From: an uncultured Pelagibacteraceae bacterium
Lineage (GTDB): Bacteria; Pseudomonadota; Alphaproteobacteria; Pelagibacterales; Pelagibacteraceae
Direction: 5' to 3'
Assembly (NCBI GenBank): GCA_902558545.1
Contig: CACEEJ010000003.1
Span: forward strand, 2,050-66,049
Length of the DNA: 64,000 bases
The stretch's first letter is position 1; each line of letters starts with the position of its first letter. Under the pieces are notes generated by a model. It worked only from the letters and a program-made list of their open reading frames with translations. It searched no databases and was not told the DNA's origin. The translations under genes and the position numbers were made by a program. Of this stretch, positions 49,869 through 60,503 are shown piece by piece.

Positions 49869-52800
49869 TGAAAAATTATAAAAAGAATCTTCACCTTTTA
49901 AAAGAAAATAATGTTTATTCAGAAGATATGGAGCATGATGCTTGTGGTGTTGGTATAATTGCATCAACTGAAGGTAAAAAATCTCGTAAAGTTGTAGAGT
50001 ATGGTATTGAAGCGTTAAAAGCAGTTTGGCATAGAGGCGCTGTAGATGCCGATGGGAAAACTGGTGACGGAGCTGGAATTCATGTTGAAATACCAAAAGA
50101 TTTCTTCATTGAAAAGATAGAAGTGACAGGACACACACATGACAATTCTGAAATATGTGTAGGTATGATATTTCTGCCTCGGAATGATTATGCAGCACAA
50201 GAAAGTTGCAAAACTATTGTAGAAAGTGAATTAACAAAAAATGATTTTAGTATTTACGGTTGGAGACAAGTTCCAGTTAATCCAAAAGTTTTAGGAGAAA
50301 AGGCATTCCAAACAATGCCTGAAATTATCCAAGTATTGTTTAAACCTTATAATCCAGAATTAACAAATAAAGATTTAGAAAGAAAAATTTATGAAACTAG
50401 AAGAAAGATAGAAAATGAAGCTTTTAAAAAATCTTTAAACAATTTTTATATTTGTTCATTGAGTTCTAAATCTATCATTTACAAGGGGATGTTTTTAGCT
50501 GAAGCTATCTCAGATTTCTACCTTGATTTGAAAGATGAGAGATTTGTTTCAAGGTTTGCTATTTTTCATCAAAGATTTTCAACAAATACAGCACCTAGCT
50601 GGAATTTAGCTCAACCCTTTAGAGCTATAGCGCATAATGGAGAAATTAATACTTATAGAGGAAATAAAAATTGGATGAAAGTTCATGAACAAGAGATGAA
50701 CAGTCCCCTCTTTGACGATGTTGAGAACTTAAAACCTGTTATACAACAGGGAGCATCAGACTCTGCTGCATTAGACAATGTTTTTGAATTATTAAATATA
50801 TCTGGTCAGCCTGCGCCTTTGGCTAAGCTTATGTTAGTTCCAGACGCATGGTCTAAAAAAAATAAAACTCTACCAAAAGATCACCAACAATTATTTAATT
50901 TTTTGAACAGTACAATGGAGCCATGGGATGGACCAGCTGCCATTGCTGGAACTGATAATGAGTGGGTTATAGCTGCAAATGATAGAAATGGATTAAGACC
51001 TTTAAGATACGCAATTACAAAAGACAAATTATTATTTGCAGGTTCTGAAACAGGAATGATTGAATTAAATGAAAAAAGAATTTTGTCAAAGGGAAGATTG
51101 GGTCCCGGGGAAATAATTGGAGTTAGAATAGAAAAAGGTAAAGTATTTACAAACAAGCAAATAAAAGATTATTTAGCCAAAGAGTATAAACACTTTAATT
51201 CACAAATTATCGACCTAGATGATAAGTTAACTATTTCAGATGAAAAAAATTCTTTTTCGGGAGATGATTTAAGAAGAAGGCAATATACTTTTGGAATAAG
51301 TCTAGAAGATCTTGAGCTCATACTGCATCCTATGGCAGAAGATGCTAAAGAAGCAACTGGATCTATGGGGGACGATACACCATTGGCTGTTTTGTCAGAT
51401 AGGTATAGACCGTTGTACCATTTTTTTAGACAAAATTTTAGTCAAGTCACAAACCCACCAATAGATTCTTTAAGAGAAAACAAGGTTATGAGTTTGAAAA
51501 CAAGATTTGGAAATCTTGGAAATATTTTAAATTTTGATAATTTAACAAAGCAAAATATTTATGTTTTAAATAGTCCAATATTATCAAATTCTCAGTTTGA
51601 AAAATTTATAAATTTTTTTGGTAACAATTCATCAATAATTGATTGTACTTTTTCTGAGGAAGAAACTTTATTTGATTCAATTAAAAAAATTCAAAAAGAA
51701 GCTGAAATTGCAGTAAGACAGGGAGTTACTCAATTGATTTTAAGTGACAAAGGGCTTTCTAGCTTTAAACTTCCAATACCAATGCTTTTAGCAGTTGGAT
51801 CAATTAATTCATTCCTTATTGAAAAAAAACTAAGAGGATATGTATCAATAAATGTTCAATCTGGAGAGGCTTTAGATACACACTCTTTTGCAACCTTAAT
51901 AGGAGTTGGAGCAACTACTGTAAATCCATACTTAGCATTTGATAGTTTATTTCAGCGTCATGAAAAGAAATTATTTGGTCAATTTAGCTTTGATGAATGT
52001 GTAGAGAGATACATAAAATCAGTAAACGCAGGTTTATTAAAGATCATGTCTAAGATGGGTATTTCAGTTCTAAGTTCTTATAGAGGTGGATGTAACTTTG
52101 AAACCGTAGGTTTAAGTAGAACAATTGTTGCAGATTATTTTCCAGGAGTTGTCTCTAAAATTTCAGGTATTGGACTTACGGGTATAGAGAAAAAAATTAG
52201 AGAAATTCATAAAGAGGCATTTGAAAGTTCTGAAACCATATTGCCGATAGGCGGCATATATAGATATCGTAAAAATGGTGAAACTCATCAATATCAAGGA
52301 AAATTAATTCATTTACTTCAAAGTGCAGTAGGATCTAATTCTTATGATGCCTATAAAAGATATGCGGATGGAATATACAGCTTACCACCTATTAATCTTA
52401 GAGACTTAATTGATTTCAGAGAAAAAAAATTAAGTGGGCCAATAGATATTTCTGAGGTTGAGCCAATAGAAAATATCTTAAAAAGATTTGGAAGTGGAAG
52501 CATGTCTCATGGAGCTTTATCAAAAGAGGCGCATGAAACTTTGGCAACTGGTATGAATAGGATTAAAGGTGCTTCATGTAGTGGAGAGGGCGGTGAAGAT
52601 GCAAGTAGATTTAAAGTTTTAGATAATGGTGACAGCGCAAACTCAAGAGTAAAACAAATAGCTTCTGCAAGATTCGGAGTTACAGTTAATTATCTTAATA
52701 ATTGTAATGAGATAGAAATTAAAATTGCACAAGGCGCTAAGCCTGGTGAGGGAGGTCAGCTACCAGGATTTAAAGTTACAGAGGAGATTGCTAAACTTAG

Positions 52801-54373
52801 ACATTCAACTCCTGGAGTTACTTTAATATCACCACCACCACATCATGATATTTATTCAATCGAAGATCTTGCACAACTAATTTATGATTTAAAACAGATA
52901 AATCCTAAAGCAAGAATTGGAGTTAAGCTTGTTGCTTCCTCTGGAGTAGGAACAATTGCAGCTGGTGTAGCTAAAGCAAAAGCAGATATAATATTAATTT
53001 CTGGACATAATGGCGGAACAGGAGCAACACCACAGACTAGTGTTAAATATGTTGGAATACCATGGGAAATGGGTTTGACGGAAGCAAACCAGGTATTAAC
53101 TTTAAATAATCTTAGACATAAAGTTACATTAAGAACAGACGGTGGAATTAAAACCGGAAGAGATGTGGTGATAGCTGCAATGATGGGCGCTGAAGAATAT
53201 GGTGTTGCTACTACGGCTTTAGTTGCAATGGGCTGTATAATGGTAAGGCAGTGTCATTCAAATACATGTCCTGTAGGCGTTTGCACTCAAGATGAAAAGC
53301 TCAGAGAAAAATTTACTGGGACTCCAGAAAAAGTAGTTAATTTGTTTACATTTATAGCCAGTGAAGTAAGAGAAATATTAGCAAATTTAGGTTTTAAATC
53401 ATTAAATGAAGTGATTGGTAGGACAGACTTGTTAAAACAGGTTAGTAAAGGTTCTCCAAATTTAGACGATTTAGATTTAAATCCTTTATTTGTTCAGGCT
53501 GATACTGGAAATAATCCAAGGTATTGTGAGGATCAAGAAATAAATAGTGTACCAGACACACTTGATCAACAAATTTGGCCAGAAATTGAACAAGCTTTGG
53601 ATATTTCTGAAAAAATTGAGAAAGAATATCAAATAAAAAATACTCATAGGGCAGTAGGCACTAGAATTTCTCATCATTTGTATAAAAAATATGGTTATGA
53701 AAAACTTGATGAAAACTTTTTAGTTTTAAATTTTAAAGGATCAGCAGGTCAATCATTTGGTGCATTTTCTTCTAAAGGTTTAAAACTTGTATTAAAGGGA
53801 GATGCAAATGATTATGTTGGTAAAGGTTTGTCAGGAGCTACTATTTCAATAAAATTACCTGAAGAGAGTAATTTAGTTTCAAATGAGAATACAATTTTAG
53901 GAAATACTGTTCTTTACGGAGCTACTTCAGGAAAACTTTTTGCTGCTGGCCAAGCTGGTGAAAGATTTTCAGTTAGAAATTCTGGTGCAGTTACAGTAAT
54001 TGAAGGATGCGATTCTAATGGATGTGAATATATGACTGGTGGAACTGTAGTAATTTTAGGAGATGTTGGTGATAATTTTGCAGCTGGTATGACAGGTGGA
54101 ATGGCCTTTATATATGATAAATCTCAACAATTTGAAAAGAAAGTAAATCCAGAATCAGTAGTTTGGCAAAATGTAGAGACAGATTATTGGAAAGAATATT
54201 TAAAAAATTTAGTCAGTGAGCACTTCAAAGAAACTGAGTCTCAATTATCGAAAAAAATAATTGAAAACTTTGATGATGAAGTAAATAATTTTGTTCAGGT
54301 GTGTCCTAAAGAAATGTTGGATAAATTAAAAAATCCAATTACTTTAAAAAAAGATATAAAAAAAGTTAGCTAA
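49868..54373 (+). CDS. gltB: Glutamate synthase large subunit
   Basis: EHDACGVG, HQRFSTNT, EPWDGPA, QGAKPGEGGQL, CHSNTCPVG. Confidence 0.98.
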   Translation: MKNYKKNLHLLKENNVYSEDMEHDACGVGIIASTEGKKSRKVVEYGIEALKAVWHRGAVDADGKTGDGAGIHVEIPKDFFIEKIEVTGHTHDNSEICVGMIFLPRNDYAAQESCKTIVESELTKNDFSIYGWRQVPVNPKVLGEKAFQTMPEIIQVLFKPYNPELTNKDLERKIYETRRKIENEAFKKSLNNFYICSLSSKSIIYKGMFLAEAISDFYLDLKDERFVSRFAIFHQRFSTNTAPSWNLAQPFRAIAHNGEINTYRGNKNWMKVHEQEMNSPLFDDVENLKPVIQQGASDSAALDNVFELLNISGQPAPLAKLMLVPDAWSKKNKTLPKDHQQLFNFLNSTMEPWDGPAAIAGTDNEWVIAANDRNGLRPLRYAITKDKLLFAGSETGMIELNEKRILSKGRLGPGEIIGVRIEKGKVFTNKQIKDYLAKEYKHFNSQIIDLDDKLTISDEKNSFSGDDLRRRQYTFGISLEDLELILHPMAEDAKEATGSMGDDTPLAVLSDRYRPLYHFFRQNFSQVTNPPIDSLRENKVMSLKTRFGNLGNILNFDNLTKQNIYVLNSPILSNSQFEKFINFFGNNSSIIDCTFSEEETLFDSIKKIQKEAEIAVRQGVTQLILSDKGLSSFKLPIPMLLAVGSINSFLIEKKLRGYVSINVQSGEALDTHSFATLIGVGATTVNPYLAFDSLFQRHEKKLFGQFSFDECVERYIKSVNAGLLKIMSKMGISVLSSYRGGCNFETVGLSRTIVADYFPGVVSKISGIGLTGIEKKIREIHKEAFESSETILPIGGIYRYRKNGETHQYQGKLIHLLQSAVGSNSYDAYKRYADGIYSLPPINLRDLIDFREKKLSGPIDISEVEPIENILKRFGSGSMSHGALSKEAHETLATGMNRIKGASCSGEGGEDASRFKVLDNGDSANSRVKQIASARFGVTVNYLNNCNEIEIKIAQGAKPGEGGQLPGFKVTEEIAKLRHSTPGVTLISPPPHHDIYSIEDLAQLIYDLKQINPKARIGVKLVASSGVGTIAAGVAKAKADIILISGHNGGTGATPQTSVKYVGIPWEMGLTEANQVLTLNNLRHKVTLRTDGGIKTGRDVVIAAMMGAEEYGVATTALVAMGCIMVRQCHSNTCPVGVCTQDEKLREKFTGTPEKVVNLFTFIASEVREILANLGFKSLNEVIGRTDLLKQVSKGSPNLDDLDLNPLFVQADTGNNPRYCEDQEINSVPDTLDQQIWPEIEQALDISEKIEKEYQIKNTHRAVGTRISHHLYKKYGYEKLDENFLVLNFKGSAGQSFGAFSSKGLKLVLKGDANDYVGKGLSGATISIKLPEESNLVSNENTILGNTVLYGATSGKLFAAGQAGERFSVRNSGAVTVIEGCDSNGCEYMTGGTVVILGDVGDNFAAGMTGGMAFIYDKSQQFEKKVNPESVVWQNVETDYWKEYLKNLVSEHFKETESQLSKKIIENFDDEVNNFVQVCPKEMLDKLKNPITLKKDIKKVS

Positions 54374-55113
54374 ATTAATAATTTCAGCTCTTTTAAAATT
54401 ATATTTAACCATTTTTTATTTGATAAACTGTGATCACCTTTTTTTACAATATTTAATTTTTTCTTAGCTTTTGGAAATAATCTTAAAACTTTTCTTGAAT
54501 ATGAGACAGGAACTGCCTCATCTTTTTCACCATGAACCATTGTTACTTTAATATTTGAATTAATTTTTTTATTTAAGACTTTGTTTTTTCTTCCATCTTT
54601 TATTAATTGTAGAGTAATTGGATATTCATAATTGCCATGTTTTAATTGATAAATGCCCTTACTTATTGTTTCCTCTTTCATTTTTTTAGTAAATTTTTTC
54701 CACATTAAATTTTCTAAAAATTCAGGAGCAGCCCCTATTCCTAAAAATCCTTTAATCTGTTTTTCGAAAATTTTAAATTGATTGAGCGAAATCCATGAGC
54801 CCATACTCGAACCAATTAGCACAAATTCTTTTTTTTTAACATATTTTCTAATTAAAATTGACGTCTCTTTACTCCATTTTGAAATATTTCCATTTACAAA
54901 TTTTCCAGAAGATTTTCCATGACCAGAGTATTCTAGTGCTAAAAAACTTACTTTATTTTTTTTAGCAAATTTTAAAAAAGCATTCGGTTTTTTTCCTTCA
55001 AGATCTGACATAAAGCCATGCAAAAAAACTATAAAAGAACTATTTTTAAAAATTTTGGAAATATATCTAATTTTCTTTGTATTTGATATTTGGTGAAATC
55101 TGAAATTTGCCAT
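54370..55113 (-). CDS. Alpha/beta hydrolase
   Basis: HGFMSD, YSGHG, GSSMG, GDHSLS. Confidence 0.85.
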   Translation of the reverse strand: MANFRFHQISNTKKIRYISKIFKNSSFIVFLHGFMSDLEGKKPNAFLKFAKKNKVSFLALEYSGHGKSSGKFVNGNISKWSKETSILIRKYVKKKEFVLIGSSMGSWISLNQFKIFEKQIKGFLGIGAAPEFLENLMWKKFTKKMKEETISKGIYQLKHGNYEYPITLQLIKDGRKNKVLNKKINSNIKVTMVHGEKDEAVPVSYSRKVLRLFPKAKKKLNIVKKGDHSLSNKKWLNIILKELKLLI

Positions 55114-55155
55114 AATCATTTATAAGTTTTGTCTATTAATATATAATCATATCAA

Positions 55156-56310
55156 ATGTCATCTGATTTAAAAGTTTTACAAGTAATTCCAAAATTAGGT
55201 TATGGAGGAGCTGAAACAGGTTGTTATGATATTGCACATTATTTACCAGAAAATAATTGTAAATCATTTATTGTAACAAGCGGTGGTGAATTACTTAAAT
55301 TTGTAGATAGAAAAAAAGTTAAAATATTTAGACTTCCAGTGCAAAGCAAAAATCCTCTACTAATTTTAATTAATGCTTTTATCTTAATTGGAATAATTTT
55401 AGTTTATAATATTTCTCTTGTTCACGCGAGAAGTAGAGCACCTGCTTGGTCATGTTTGTTAGCAACAAAAATCACAGGACGAAAATTTGTAACTACATTT
55501 CATGGAACATACAATTTTAAGAGTAATATAAAAAAAATTTATAATTCAGTAATGACTAGAGCAGATTTAATAATTGCAGGATCTAATTTTATTTTTTCTC
55601 ATATTAAAAAAAATTATTCAAAATATTTAAATGAGAAAAAAAAATTAATGGTTATTTTTAGAGGAATAAACGTCGACTACTTTGACCCAACAACTAAAAT
55701 TGAAATTGACGAAAAAAAATTATTAAAAAAATGGGACATTGAAAAAGATAAAAAAATTATACTTTTACCTGGCAGATTAACTTCCTGGAAAGGACAGGAA
55801 GTTTTTATAGAGGCTATTAATTTAGTGAATATAGAACTGGGTTATGAAGCTTTTTATGCTGTCATTCTAGGCAGTGATCAAGGTAGAGATTTATATAAGA
55901 AAAAATTAATAAGACTTTCGGAGCAATACAGATTATCTAAACAAATAAGATTCATAGATCATTGTAAGGATATGGCATTAGCTTATAAAGTTTCTGATAT
56001 TATTGTTTCAGCCTCAACAGAACCAGAGGCTTTTGGTAGAGTTGCTGTTGAAGCACAATCGATGGAAAAACCAATTATAGCGAGCAACATTGGAGGTTCT
56101 AATGAAACAATAATTGATGAAAAAACTGGTTTTTTATATGAAGCAGGAAATGCTAAATCATTAAGTAATAAAATATTAAGAACTCTTAACATGGATGAAA
56201 CTCTATTAAAATCAATTGGTAATGAGGGAAGAAAAAACATAGTTCAAAAATTTAATGTTGAAAAAATGTGCTTTTCTACTTATTCAGAGTATAAGAGATT
56301 ATTAAATTAA
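55156..56310 (+). CDS. Glycosyltransferase family 4
   Basis: GGAE, HARSRAPAW, GRLTSWKGQ, EAFGRVAVEA. Confidence 0.9.
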   Translation: MSSDLKVLQVIPKLGYGGAETGCYDIAHYLPENNCKSFIVTSGGELLKFVDRKKVKIFRLPVQSKNPLLILINAFILIGIILVYNISLVHARSRAPAWSCLLATKITGRKFVTTFHGTYNFKSNIKKIYNSVMTRADLIIAGSNFIFSHIKKNYSKYLNEKKKLMVIFRGINVDYFDPTTKIEIDEKKLLKKWDIEKDKKIILLPGRLTSWKGQEVFIEAINLVNIELGYEAFYAVILGSDQGRDLYKKKLIRLSEQYRLSKQIRFIDHCKDMALAYKVSDIIVSASTEPEAFGRVAVEAQSMEKPIIASNIGGSNETIIDEKTGFLYEAGNAKSLSNKILRTLNMDETLLKSIGNEGRKNIVQKFNVEKMCFSTYSEYKRLLN

Positions 56311-58227
56311 ATGCCGATAATAACATTACCCGACGGAAACAATATTGATTTTCCTAATAAAGTTACTGGACTAGAAGTAGCTGAAAAAATTAGCAAATCG
56401 TTAGCTAAACAAGCCATGGTCATAAGTGTTGATGGTGAACTTAAAGATCTTGATTTTCTAATTGAAAATGATTGTTCTGTAAAAATTTTTACCTCAAAAA
56501 ATCCTGAGGGCTTGGAAACTATAAGGCATGACACGGCTCATATTTTAGCTATGGCTGTTCAAGAATTATTTCCTGGTACACAAGTTACAATTGGACCCGT
56601 GATTGAAAATGGATTTTATTATGACTTTGCTAGAAAAGAACCATTTACAGAGGATGATCTTGTTAAAATTGAAAATAAAATGAAAGAGATTGTCGATAGG
56701 AATGAAACAACAAAAAGAGAAGTTTGGGATAGAAACAAAGCAATTAGCCATTTTAAAAAAAAAGGAGAAATTTATAAAGCCGAGCTAATTGAAGCAATAC
56801 CTGAAAATGAAGATGTATCAATTTATTTTCACGGAGAATGGCATGATTTATGTAGAGGCCCACATTTATCCTCTACAGGTAAAATAGGGAAATATTTTAA
56901 ACTTACAAAAGTATCAGGAGCATATTGGAGAGGAGACTCTAATAATGAAATGTTGCAACGAATATATGGTACGAGTTGGGCAACTCAAAAAGAGCTAGAT
57001 GAATATTTAAAAAGAATACAAGAAGCCGAAAAAAGAGATCACAGAAAATTAGGTAGAGAAATGGATTTATTTCATTTTAGAGAAGAAAGCCCTGGCTCAG
57101 TATTTTGGCATGAAAGAGGATGGAGTTTGTTTCAAAAGCTCATTAACTACATGAGAAGTAGACAAGATGCAGCTGGTTATAAAGAGGTTAATACTCCAGA
57201 GGTACTAGATAGACAACTATGGGAAAAATCTGGGCATTGGGAAAAATATGGAGAAAACATGTATACTTCTGAAACACCAGATGAGAAAGTTTTTGCAATT
57301 AAACCAATGAATTGCCCTGGTCATATCCAGGTATTTAATCAAGGCTTAAAAAGTTACAGAGATCTTCCGTTACGTTTTGCTGAATTTGGTAAAGTTCATC
57401 GTTATGAGCCATCAGGCGCTTTACATGGGTTATTAAGAGTAAGAGCCTTTACTCAAGATGATGCCCATATTTTTTGCACAGAAGATCAAATTACTAGCGA
57501 ATGTTTAATTGTTACAAATCTAATACTAGATATTTATAAGGACCTTGGTTTTGAAAATGTGATTCTAAAATATGCAGATAGGCCAGAAGTAAGAGTTGGT
57601 GATGATTCAGTTTGGGATAAAGCAGAAGCCTCTTTGCTTGAAGCCGTTAAAGCTTCTAAATTAGAATATACTATTAATAAAGGTGAGGGAGCATTTTATG
57701 GTCCTAAAATTGAATTTGTTTTACGAGATGCTATTGGCAGAGATTGGCAATGTGGAACTTTACAAGTAGATTTAAATTTACCTGGAAGATTAGACGCTTC
57801 TTATGTTGATAAAGATGGTACTAAAAAAGTTCCTGTTATGTTGCACCGAGCATTATTTGGTTCTCTAGAGAGATTTATTGGAATTTTAATTGAAAACTAT
57901 GCAGGCAAGTTTCCATTTTGGATATCTCCTTTACAGACTATGGTAATACCTATTTCAGAAGAATTTAATGACTATGCAGTCGAAGTATCAAATAAAATTA
58001 AAAATTCGGGCATAAGTTCTGCGGTAGATTTAAAAAATCATAATTTAAATTATAAAATTAGAGATCATTCTTTAGCAAAAATACCGCTTTTATTAATTTG
58101 TGGTAAAAAAGAAGTTGACTCCAATTCAGTAACGATTAGAAGATTAGACTCTAATAAACAAGAAAATATGGGTATAGATCAATTCTTAAAAACATTCTCT
58201 GCTTTAAATAAAGCATCATCAAACTAA
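56311..58227 (+). CDS. thrS: Threonine-tRNA ligase
   Basis: TGS domain, DLCRGPH, RDHRKLG, KPMNCPGH, FYGPK. Confidence 0.98.
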   Translation: MPIITLPDGNNIDFPNKVTGLEVAEKISKSLAKQAMVISVDGELKDLDFLIENDCSVKIFTSKNPEGLETIRHDTAHILAMAVQELFPGTQVTIGPVIENGFYYDFARKEPFTEDDLVKIENKMKEIVDRNETTKREVWDRNKAISHFKKKGEIYKAELIEAIPENEDVSIYFHGEWHDLCRGPHLSSTGKIGKYFKLTKVSGAYWRGDSNNEMLQRIYGTSWATQKELDEYLKRIQEAEKRDHRKLGREMDLFHFREESPGSVFWHERGWSLFQKLINYMRSRQDAAGYKEVNTPEVLDRQLWEKSGHWEKYGENMYTSETPDEKVFAIKPMNCPGHIQVFNQGLKSYRDLPLRFAEFGKVHRYEPSGALHGLLRVRAFTQDDAHIFCTEDQITSECLIVTNLILDIYKDLGFENVILKYADRPEVRVGDDSVWDKAEASLLEAVKASKLEYTINKGEGAFYGPKIEFVLRDAIGRDWQCGTLQVDLNLPGRLDASYVDKDGTKKVPVMLHRALFGSLERFIGILIENYAGKFPFWISPLQTMVIPISEEFNDYAVEVSNKIKNSGISSAVDLKNHNLNYKIRDHSLAKIPLLLICGKKEVDSNSVTIRRLDSNKQENMGIDQFLKTFSALNKASSN

Positions 58228-58773
58228 GTGGCAGACTTCAAACAAAATTATTTTCAAAGAAGAACTAAGGACAGAGGTCCAAGATCTAATAATAGAATTT
58301 CTTCTCCTGATGTTCAGGTTATAGCAAGTGATGGAGAAAATCTTGGAGTGATGAATACTAATGAAGCTATTTCCATGGCAAAAAATCAAGGTTTAGATTT
58401 AATTGAAATAGCACCTAACGCGAATCCTCCTGTATGTAAAATAATGGATATGGGCAAATATAAGTATGATGCTCAGAAAAAAGCTAATCTTGCAAAGAAA
58501 AAACAAAAAATTGTTTCTTTAAAAGAAATTAAAATGAGACCTGTTACTGAAACTCATGATTATGAGTTTAAAGTCAAAAATGCTAAAAAATTTATAGCTA
58601 AAGGAGATAAGGTCAAATTTACTATAAGATTCAAAGGTAGAGAGCTTCAGCATTCCCATCTAGGAAATGAACTAATGGGTAAAATTAAAGAAGATATGAA
58701 GGATATTGGCAAGGTAGAATTGCATCCCAAGTTTGATGGAAAGCAAATGATCATGGTAATTCAGCCTTTATAA
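58228..58773 (+). CDS. infC: Translation initiation factor IF-3
   Basis: LDLIEIAP-PPVCKIMD, KEIK, GDKVK; GTG abuts the thrS stop (start uncertain). Confidence 0.95.
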   Translation: MADFKQNYFQRRTKDRGPRSNNRISSPDVQVIASDGENLGVMNTNEAISMAKNQGLDLIEIAPNANPPVCKIMDMGKYKYDAQKKANLAKKKQKIVSLKEIKMRPVTETHDYEFKVKNAKKFIAKGDKVKFTIRFKGRELQHSHLGNELMGKIKEDMKDIGKVELHPKFDGKQMIMVIQPL

Positions 58774-58786
58774 GCTTTAATAGAGG

Positions 58787-58815
58787 TTGTAAAATTATAT
58801 CTTTCTTTGTATAAG
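58787..58815 (+). promoter_or_regulatory. sigma70-type promoter of rpmI
   Basis: TTGTAA-17 nt-TATAAG followed by TCCGC. Confidence 0.55.
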
Positions 58816-58826
58816 TCCGCAGAATT

Positions 58827-59033
58827 ATGCCAAAACTAAAAACAAAAAGCTCAGCAAAAAAAAGATTTAAAATATCCGCTAAGGGTAAAGTTATTTCCGC
58901 TCAAGCAGGTAAAAGACATGGCATGATCAAAAGAACGAATTCACAAATAAGAAAACTTAGAGGCACTACAACATTGTCTAAACAAGATGGAAAAATTGTT
59001 AAGTCATACATGCCTTACAGTTTACGAGGTTAA
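58827..59033 (+). CDS. rpmI: 50S ribosomal protein L35
   Basis: [19 protein letters not shown]. Confidence 0.96.
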   Translation: MPKLKTKSSAKKRFKISAKGKVISAQAGKRHGMIKRTNSQIRKLRGTTTLSKQDGKIVKSYMPYSLRG

Positions 59034-59035
59034 TC

Positions 59036-59392
59036 ATGGCAAGAGTTAAAAGAGGTGTAACTAGTAAAGCTAAACATAAAAAAGTTTTAAAAGCTGTAAA
59101 GGGTCAATGGGGCAGGAGAAAAAATACCATTCGAGTTGCTAAGCAAGCTATGGAAAAATCCATGCAATACGCTTACAGAGACAGAAGAAATAAAAAAAGA
59201 GATTTTAAATCATTGTGGATACAGAGAATCAATGCTGGAGTAAGAGCTGAAGGCTTAACTTACTCAAAATTTATCAATGGATTAAATAAATGTGGTATTG
59301 CAATAGATAGAAAAATTCTTGCTGAAATTGCTTACGATAGCCCAGAAGCATTCAAAACAATTGTACAAAAAGCTCAATCAGCTTTAAATTAA
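59036..59392 (+). CDS. rplT: 50S ribosomal protein L20
   Basis: [30 protein letters not shown]. Confidence 0.97.
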   Translation: MARVKRGVTSKAKHKKVLKAVKGQWGRRKNTIRVAKQAMEKSMQYAYRDRRNKKRDFKSLWIQRINAGVRAEGLTYSKFINGLNKCGIAIDRKILAEIAYDSPEAFKTIVQKAQSALN

Positions 59393-59435
59393 TCTTCGCT
59401 ATTGTTTTTATTTCTTAAGGAAATAATCTACTAAT

Positions 59436-60503
59436 ATGTCAGAGATAAAAAATATTAGAGATCAGTTTATATCAAAGCTTGAAAATGATCTGAGCACTGA
59501 TCAAATAAATGAAATCAAAACCGAACTCTTTGGTAAAACTGGTTTAATTTCATCAAAATTTAAAACAATAGGTTCGATTCCAGAGACTGATAGAAAAAAA
59601 TTTGCATCAGATTTAAATCAAGTTAAAGACGAACTTCAGAATTTGATAACTTCTAAAATTAATGAGATAGAAGGAAAAAAAATAAACGAAAAATTAGAAA
59701 AAGAAAAAGTTGATATAACTTTACCTGAAAGACCATTTGTTAGAGGAAAAGTTCATCCGGTATCACAAACTATTGATGAAATTTCATCTATTTTCTCTGA
59801 AATAGGATTTAGTGTTGAGGAAGGCCCCGATGTTGAAAATGAATATAACAACTTTACTGCTTTAAACACACCTGACAATCATCCAGCAAGAGATATGCAT
59901 GATACATTTTACTTGGATGAAAACAAACAGGTTTTGTTACGAACTCATACTTCACCAGTTCAAATCAGAACTATGCTAAAAGACAAACCTCCATTCAAGA
60001 TCATTGCTCCTGGAAGAACTTATAGATCTGATAGTGATCAAACACATGCACCAATGTTTCATCAAGTAGAAGGTTTGCATATTGATACAAATATTAATAT
60101 GGGGCATTTGAAAGGATGCTTGAATTATTTCATTAAAGAATTTTTTGAAGTAGAAAAAATTAAAATGAGATTTAGACCTAGTCATTTTCCATTCACAGAA
60201 CCATCTGCTGAAGTAGATATTGGTTATGAAATAAAAGATGGAAAAATAATTATCGGAGAGGGAGATATGTGGCTTGAAATTTTAGGTTGCGGTATGGTGC
60301 ATCCAAATGTCTTAAGAAATGTAAAAGTAGATCCTTCAAAATATCAAGGATATGCCTTTGGCATAGGTATAGACCGATTAGCAATGCTTAAATATGGCAT
60401 TAATGATTTAAGAGCTTTTTTTGATTGTGATTACAGATGGCTAAATCATTTTGGTTTTGATCCACTTGATGTTCCTTCAAATTACAGAGGTTTAAGCAGA
60501 TGA
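59436..60503 (+). CDS. pheS: Phenylalanine-tRNA ligase alpha subunit
   Basis: [34 protein letters not shown]. Confidence 0.98.
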   Translation: MSEIKNIRDQFISKLENDLSTDQINEIKTELFGKTGLISSKFKTIGSIPETDRKKFASDLNQVKDELQNLITSKINEIEGKKINEKLEKEKVDITLPERPFVRGKVHPVSQTIDEISSIFSEIGFSVEEGPDVENEYNNFTALNTPDNHPARDMHDTFYLDENKQVLLRTHTSPVQIRTMLKDKPPFKIIAPGRTYRSDSDQTHAPMFHQVEGLHIDTNINMGHLKGCLNYFIKEFFEVEKIKMRFRPSHFPFTEPSAEVDIGYEIKDGKIIIGEGDMWLEILGCGMVHPNVLRNVKVDPSKYQGYAFGIGIDRLAMLKYGINDLRAFFDCDYRWLNHFGFDPLDVPSNYRGLSR

